This document shows positions 58,401 through 64,000 of a stretch of DNA of 64,000 bases, one piece after another (the first letter of the stretch is position 1; each line of letters begins with the position of its first letter). Made by a program: the position numbers and the translations under genes. The stretch lies in the NCBI GenBank assembly GCA_964016885.1, contig OZ024744.1, positions 133,300,001 through 133,364,000 on the forward strand, written 5' to 3'. The stretch comes from Eledone cirrhosa (lineage: Eukaryota). Under the pieces are notes generated by a model. That model saw only the letters and a list, made by a program, of their open reading frames with translations. It was not told the DNA's origin and did not search any database.

Positions 58401-61400
58401 TGGGGTAAAGTTAAGTTGGTGTTAAGTTAAGTTGGGGTTAAGTTAAGTTGGTGTTAAGTTAAGTTGGGGCTAAGTTAAGTTGGGGCTGAGTTAAGTTGGG
58501 GCTGAGTTAAGTTGGGGTTAAGTTAAGTTGGGGTTGAGTTAAGTTGGGGTTAAGTTAAGTTGGGGTTAAGTTAAGTTGGGGTTAAGTTAAGTTGGGGTTA
58601 AGTTAAGTTGGGGTTTAGTTAAGTTGGGGTTCAGTTAAGTTGGGGTTAAGTTAAGTTTGGGTTAAGTTGGAGTTAAATTAATTTGGGGTTACGTTAAGTT
58701 GGGGTTTAGTTTAGTTGGGGTTAAATTAAGTTGGGGTTAATTTAAGTTGGGGTTAAGTTAAGTTGCGGGTAATTTAAGCTGGGGTTAAGTTAAGTTGGGG
58801 TTAAGTTAAGTTGGGGTTAAGTTAAGTTGGGGTTAAGTTAAGTTGGGGTTAAGTTAAGTTGGGGGTAAGTTAAGTTGGGGGTAAGTTAAGTTGGGGGTAA
58901 GTTAAGTTGGGGTTAAATTAAGTTAGGGTTAAGTTAAGTTGGGGTTGAGTTAAGTTGGGGTTAAGTTAAGTTGGGGTTATGTTAAGTTGGGGTTAAGTTA
59001 AGTTGGGGTTAAGTTAAGTTGGGGTTAAGTTAAGTTGGGGTTAAGTTAGATTGTGGTTAAGTTAAGTTGGGGTTAAGTTAAGTTGGGGTTAAGTTGGGGT
59101 TAAGTTAAGTTGGGGTTAAGTTAAGTTGGGGTTAATTTAAATTGGGGTTAAGTTAACTTTGTGGTTAAGTTAAGTTGGGGTTAAGTTAAGTTGGGGTTAA
59201 GTTAAGTTGGGGTTGAGTTAAGTTGGGGTTGAGTGAAGTTGGGGTTAAGTTAAGTTGGGGTTAAGTTAAGTTGGCGTTAAGTTAAGTTGGGGTTAAGTTA
59301 AGTTAGGGTTAAGTTAAGTTGGGGTTCAGTTAAGTTGCGGTTAAGTTAAGTTGGGGTAAAGTTAAGTTGGTGTTAATTAAGTTGGGGTTAAGTTAAGTTG
59401 GTGTTAAGTTAAGTTGGGGCTAAGTTAAGTTGGGGTTGAGTTAAGTTGGCGTTAAGTTAAGTTGGGGTTATGTTAAGTTGGGGTTAATTTAAATTGGAGT
59501 TAAGTTAAGTTGGGGTTGATTTAAGTTGGGGTTGAGTTAAATTAGGGTGGAGTTAAGTTGGGGTTGAGTTAAGTTGGTGTTGAGTTAAGTTAGGGTTAAG
59601 TTAAGTTGGGCTTAAGTTAAGTTGCAGTTAAGTTAAGTTGAGGTTAAGTTAAGTTGGGGTTAAGTTAAGTTGGGGTTAAGTTAAGTTTGGGTTAAGTTGG
59701 GATTAAATTAAGTTGGGGTTAAGTTAAGTTGGGGTTTAGTTAAGTTGGGGTTAAGTTAAGTTGGGGTTAATTTAAGTTGGGGTTAAGTTAAGTTGGGGTT
59801 AAGTTAAGTGGTGGTTATGTTAAGTTGGGGTTAAGTTAAGTTGGGGTTAATTTAAATTGGGGTTAAGTTAACTTTGTGGTTAAGTTAAGTTGGGGTTAAG
59901 TTAAGTTGGGGTTAAGTTAAGTTGGGGTTGAGTTAATTGGGGTTGAGTGAAGTTGGGGTTAAGTTAAGTTGGGGTTAATTTAAGTTGGGGTTAAGTTAAG
60001 TCGGGGTTAAGTTAAGTTGGGGTTGAGTTAAGTTGGGGTTAATTTAAGTTGGGGCTAATTTAATTTGTGGTTAAGTTGGGGTTAAGTTAAGTTGGGGTTA
60101 AGTTAAGTTGGGGTTGAGTTAAGTTGGGGTTGAGTTAATTTAGGGTTAAGTTAAGTTGGGGTTAAGTTAAGTTGGGTTTAAGTTAAGTTGGGGTTAAATT
60201 AAGTTGGGGTTAAGTTAAGTTGGGGGTAAGTTAAGTTGGGGGCAAGTTAAGTTGGGGTTAAGTTAAGTTGGGGTTAAATTAAGTTGGGGTTAAGTTAAGT
60301 TGGTGTTAAGTTAAGTTGGGGTTTATTTAAGTTGGGGTTAATTAAGTTGGGGTTAGGTTAAGTTGGGGTTAAGTTAAATGGGTTTATATTAAGTTGGGGT
60401 TAAGTTAAGTTGGGGTTAAGTTGAGTTGGCGTTCAGTTAAGTTGCGGTTAATTTAAGTTGGGGTTAAGTTAAGTTGGGGTTAAGTTAAGTTGGGGTTGAG
60501 TTAATTGGTGTTGAGTGAAGTTGGGGTTAAGTTAAGTTGGGGTTAATTTAAGTTGGGGTTAAGTTAAGTCGGGGTTAAGTTAAGTTGGGGTTGAGTTAAG
60601 TTGGGGTTAATTTAAGTTGGGGCTAATTTAATTTGTGGTTAAGTTGGGGTTAAGTTAAGTTGGCGTTAAGTTAAGTTGGGGTTGAGTTAAGTTGGGGTTG
60701 AGTTAATTTAGGGTTAAGTTAAGTTGGGGTTAAGTTAAGTTGGGTTTAAGTTAAGTTGGGGTTAAATTAAGTTGGGGTTAAGTTAAGTTGGGGGTAAGTT
60801 AAGTTGGGGGCAAGTTAAGTTGGGGATAAGTTAAGTTGGGGTTAAATTAAGTTGGGGTTAAGTTAAGTTGGTGTTAAGTTAAGTTGGGGTTTATTTAAGT
60901 TGGGGTTAATTAAGTTGGGGTTAGGTTAAGTTGGGGTTAAGTTAAATGGGTTTATATTAAGTTGGGGTTAAGTTAAGTTGGGGTTAAGTTGAGTTGGGGT
61001 TCAGTTAAGTTGCGGTTAATTTAAGTTGGGGTTAAGTTAAGTTGGGGTTAAGTTAAGTTGGGGTTAAGTTAAGTTGGGGCTAAGTTAAGTTGGGGTTAAG
61101 TTAAGTTGGTGTTAAGTTAAGTTGGGGCTAAGTTAAGTTGGGGCTGAGTTAAGTTGGGGCTGAGTTAAGTTGGGGTTAAGTTAAGTTGGGGTTGAGTTAA
61201 GTTGGGGTTAAGTTAAGTTGGGGTTAAGTTAAGTTGGGGTTAAGTTAAGTTGGGGTTAAGTTAAGTTGGGGTTTAGTTAAGTTGGGGTTCAGTTAAGTTG
61301 GGGTTAAGTTAAGTTTGGGTTAAGTTGGGGTTAAATTAATTTGGGGTTAAGTTAAGTTGGGGTTTAGTTAAGTTGGGGTTAAGTTAAGTTGGGGTTAATT

Positions 61401-64000
61401 TAAGTTGGGGTTAAGTTAAGTTGCGGGTAATTTAAGTTGGGGTTAAGTTAAGTTGGGGTTAAGTTAAGTTGGGGTTAAGTTAAGTTGGGGGTAAGTTAAG
61501 TTGGGGGTAAGTTAAGTTGAGGGTAAGTTAAGTTGGGGTTAAGTTAAGATATGGTTAAGTTAAATTGGGGTTGAGTTAAGTTGGGGTTAAGTTAAGTTGG
61601 GGTTATGTTAAGTTGGGGTTAAGTTAAGTTGCGGTTAAGTTAAATTGGGGTTAAGTTAAGTTGGGGTTAAGTTAAGTTGGGGTTAAGTTAAGTTGGGGTT
61701 AAGTTAGATTGTGGTTAAGTTAAGTTGGGGTTAAGTTAAGTTGGGGTTAAGTTAAGTTGGGGTTAAGTTAAGGCGGGGTTAAGTTGAGTTGGTGTTAAGT
61801 TAAGTTGGGGTTAAGTTAAGTTGGGGTTGAGTTAATTTGGGGTTAACTTAAGTTGGGGGTACTTAAGTTGGGTTTAAGTTAAGTGGGGTTAAGTTAAGTT
61901 GGGGTTATGTTAAGTTGGGGTTAAGTTAAGTTGGGGTTAAGTTAAGTTGGGGTTAAGTTAAGTTGGGGTTAAGTTAGATTGTGGTTAAGTTAAGTTGGGG
62001 TTAAGTTAAGTTGGGGTTAAGTTGGGGTTAAGTTAAGTTGGGGTTAAGTTAAGTTGGGGTTAATTTAAATTGGGGTTAAGTTAACTTTGTGGTTAAGTTA
62101 AGTTGGGGTTAAGTTAAGTTGGGGTTAAGTTAAGTTGGGGTTGAGTTAAGTTGGGGTTGAGTGAAGTTGGGGTTAAGTTAAGTTGGGGTTAAGTTAAGTT
62201 GGCGTTAAGTTAAGTTGGGGTTAAGTTAAGTTAGGGTTAAGTTAAGTTGGGGTTCAGTTAAGTTGCGGTTAAGTTAAGTTGGGGTAAAGTTAAGTTGGTG
62301 TTAATTAAGTTGGGGTTAAGTTAAGTTGGTGTTAAGTTAAGTTGGGGCTAAGTTAAGTTGGGGTTGAGTTAAGTTGGCGTTAAGTTAAGTTGGGGTTATG
62401 TTAAGTTGGGGTTAATTTAAGTTGGAGTTAAGTTAAGTTGGGGTTGATTTAAGTTGGGGTTGAGTTAAATTAGGGTGGAGTTAAGTTGGGGTTGAGTTAA
62501 GTTGGTGTTGAGTTAAGTTAGGGTTAAGTTAAGTTGGGGTTAAGTTAAGTTGCAGTTAAGTTAAGTTGAGGTTAATTTAAGTTGGGGTTAAGTTAAGTTG
62601 GGGTTAAGTTAAGTTTGGGTTAAGTTGGGATTAAATTAAGTTGGGGTTAAGTTAAGTTGGGGTTTAGTTAAGTTGGGGTTAAGTTAAGTTGGGGTTAATT
62701 TAAGTTGGGGTTAAGTTAAGTTGGGGTTAAGTTAAGTGGTGGTAATGTTAAGTTGGGGTTAAGTTAAGTTGGGGTTAAGTTAAGTTGGGGTTGAGTTAAT
62801 TGGGGTTGAGTGAAGTTGGGGTTAAGTTAAGTTGGGGTTAATTTAAGTTGGGGTTAAGTTAAGTCGGGGTTAAGTTAAGTTGGGGTTGAGTTAAGTTGGG
62901 GTTAATTTAAGTTGGGGCTAATTTAATTTGTGGTTAAGTTGGGGTTAAGTTAAGTTGGGGTTAAGTTAAGTTGGGGTTGAGTTAAGTTGGGGTTGAGTTA
63001 ATTTAGGGTTAAGTTAAGTTGAGGTTAAGTTAAGTTGGGTTTAAGTTAAGTTGGGGTTAAATTAAGTTGGGGTTAAGTTAAGTTGGGGGTAAGTTAAGTT
63101 GGGGGCAAGTTAAGTTGGGGTTAAGTTAAGTTGGGGTTAAATTAAGTTGGGGTTAAGTTAAGTTGGTGTTAAGTTAAGTTGGGGTTTATTTAAGTTGGGG
63201 TTAATTAAGTTGGGGTTAAGTTAAGTTGGGGTTAAGTTAAGTTGGGGTTAAGTTAGATTGTGGTTAAGTTAAGTTGGGGTTAAGTTAAGTTGGGATTAAG
63301 TTAAGTTGGGGTTAAGTTAAGGCGGGGTTAAGTTGAGTTGGTGTTAAGTTAAGTTGGAGTTAAGTTAAGTTGGGGTTGAGTTAATTTGGGGTTAACTTAA
63401 GTTGGGGTTAAGTTAAGTTGGGGTTAAGTTAAGTTGGGGTTAAGTTAGGTTGTGGTTAAGTTAAGTTGGGGGTAAGTTAAGTTGGGGGTAAGTTAAGTTG
63501 GGGTTAATTTAAGTTGGGTCTAATTAAGTTGGGGTTAAGTTAAGTTGGGGTTAAGTTAAGTTGGGGTTGAGTTAATTTGGGGTTAACTTAAGTTGGGGGT
63601 ACTTAAGTTGGGTTTAAGTTAAGTGGGGTTAAGTTAAGTTGGGGGTAAGTTAAGTTGGGGGTAAGTTAAGTTGGGGTTAATTTAAGTTGGGTCAAATTAA
63701 GTTGGGGTTAAGTTAAGTTGGGGTTAAGTTAAGTTAGGGTTAAATTAAGTTGGGGTTAAGTTAAGTTGGGGTTAAATAAAGTTGGCGCTAAGTTAATTTG
63801 TGGTTAAGTTAAGTTGGGGTTAAGTTAAGTTGGGATTAAGTTAAGTTGGGGTTGAGTTAAGTTGGGGTTGAGTTAATTTAGGGTTAAGTTAAGTTGGGGG
63901 TAAGTTAAGTTGGGGGCAAGTTAAGTTGGGGTTAAGTTAAGTTGGGGTTAAATTAAGTTGGGGTTAAGTTAAGTTGGTGTTAAGTTAAGTTGGGGTTTAT
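55374..64000 (-). repeat. Right arm: same satellite in opposite orientation, (TTAAGTTAAGTTGGGG)n on +
   Basis: After GAC|TTAGGGC at 55,374 the + strand stays G-rich to the window end. Confidence 0.98.
55415..63900 (-). repeat. Right-arm higher-order duplications (offset about 4.1-4.3 kb, plus shorter rearranged copies)
   Basis: AGGGTGGAG at 55,441, 59,544 and 62,472. AAGATATGG with ATGG at 57,241 and 61,551 (4,310). AGGCGGGG at 57,461, 61,771 and 63,320. Confidence 0.85.

Larger units (their letters stand above)
1..64000. repeat. Satellite-type tandem array of the 16-bp monomer CCCCAACTTAACTTAA / TTAAGTTAAGTTGGGG (about 4,000 monomers), running off both ends of the window
   Basis: Every line consists of the 16-mer or its 11-, 15- or 17-bp and single-substitution variants. 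No unique sequence is seen. The consensus on the C-rich strand is A6 C6 T4 G0. Confidence 0.99.

Noticed and set aside
1-64000. Protein-coding ORFs
   Set aside because: TTAA occurs twice per monomer, giving TAA on both strands, and the 16-bp period cycles stops through all frames within about 48 bp. ATG is almost absent.
55374-64000. Sequencing fold-back chimera as the cause of the main inversion
   Set aside because: The right arm is not an exact mirror of the left and has its own recurrent variants and duplications. Raw-read confirmation is still advisable.
1-64000. Assignment to a named satellite family, organism or centromere
   Set aside because: I do not recognise the monomer with confidence. 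A database search and chromatin data are required.

Overview
The whole 64 kb window is one non-coding tandem array of a 16-bp monomer, CCCCAACTTAACTTAA (reverse complement TTAAG-TTAAG-TTGGGG), with frequent 11-bp (TTAAGTTGGGG) and single-base variants. I find no genes, RNA genes, CRISPR spacers or transposon insertions. The array is highly organised. (1) The C-rich strand is on + from 1 to about 55,373, then switches permanently to the G-rich strand (55,374-64,000). (2) Seven near-identical 176-bp inverted islands sit in the left arm, each opening with the same junction (...CCCCGAC|TTAGGGCTTAAG...) as the final switch, and six close with a GGGGTT|AACCCC palindrome. (3) Rare variants reveal nested higher-order duplications, with offsets of about 187, 442, 1120, 3936, 4.1-4.3 k, 7.25 k and 10.9-11.4 kb. 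(4) Variants mirror across the final switch and between the first kilobase and the right arm. This looks like a eukaryotic telomere-like satellite domain built by fold-back inversion followed by tandem amplification of the inversion junction. I cannot assign the organism or function from sequence alone. Coordinates were counted by eye and block boundaries are approximate.
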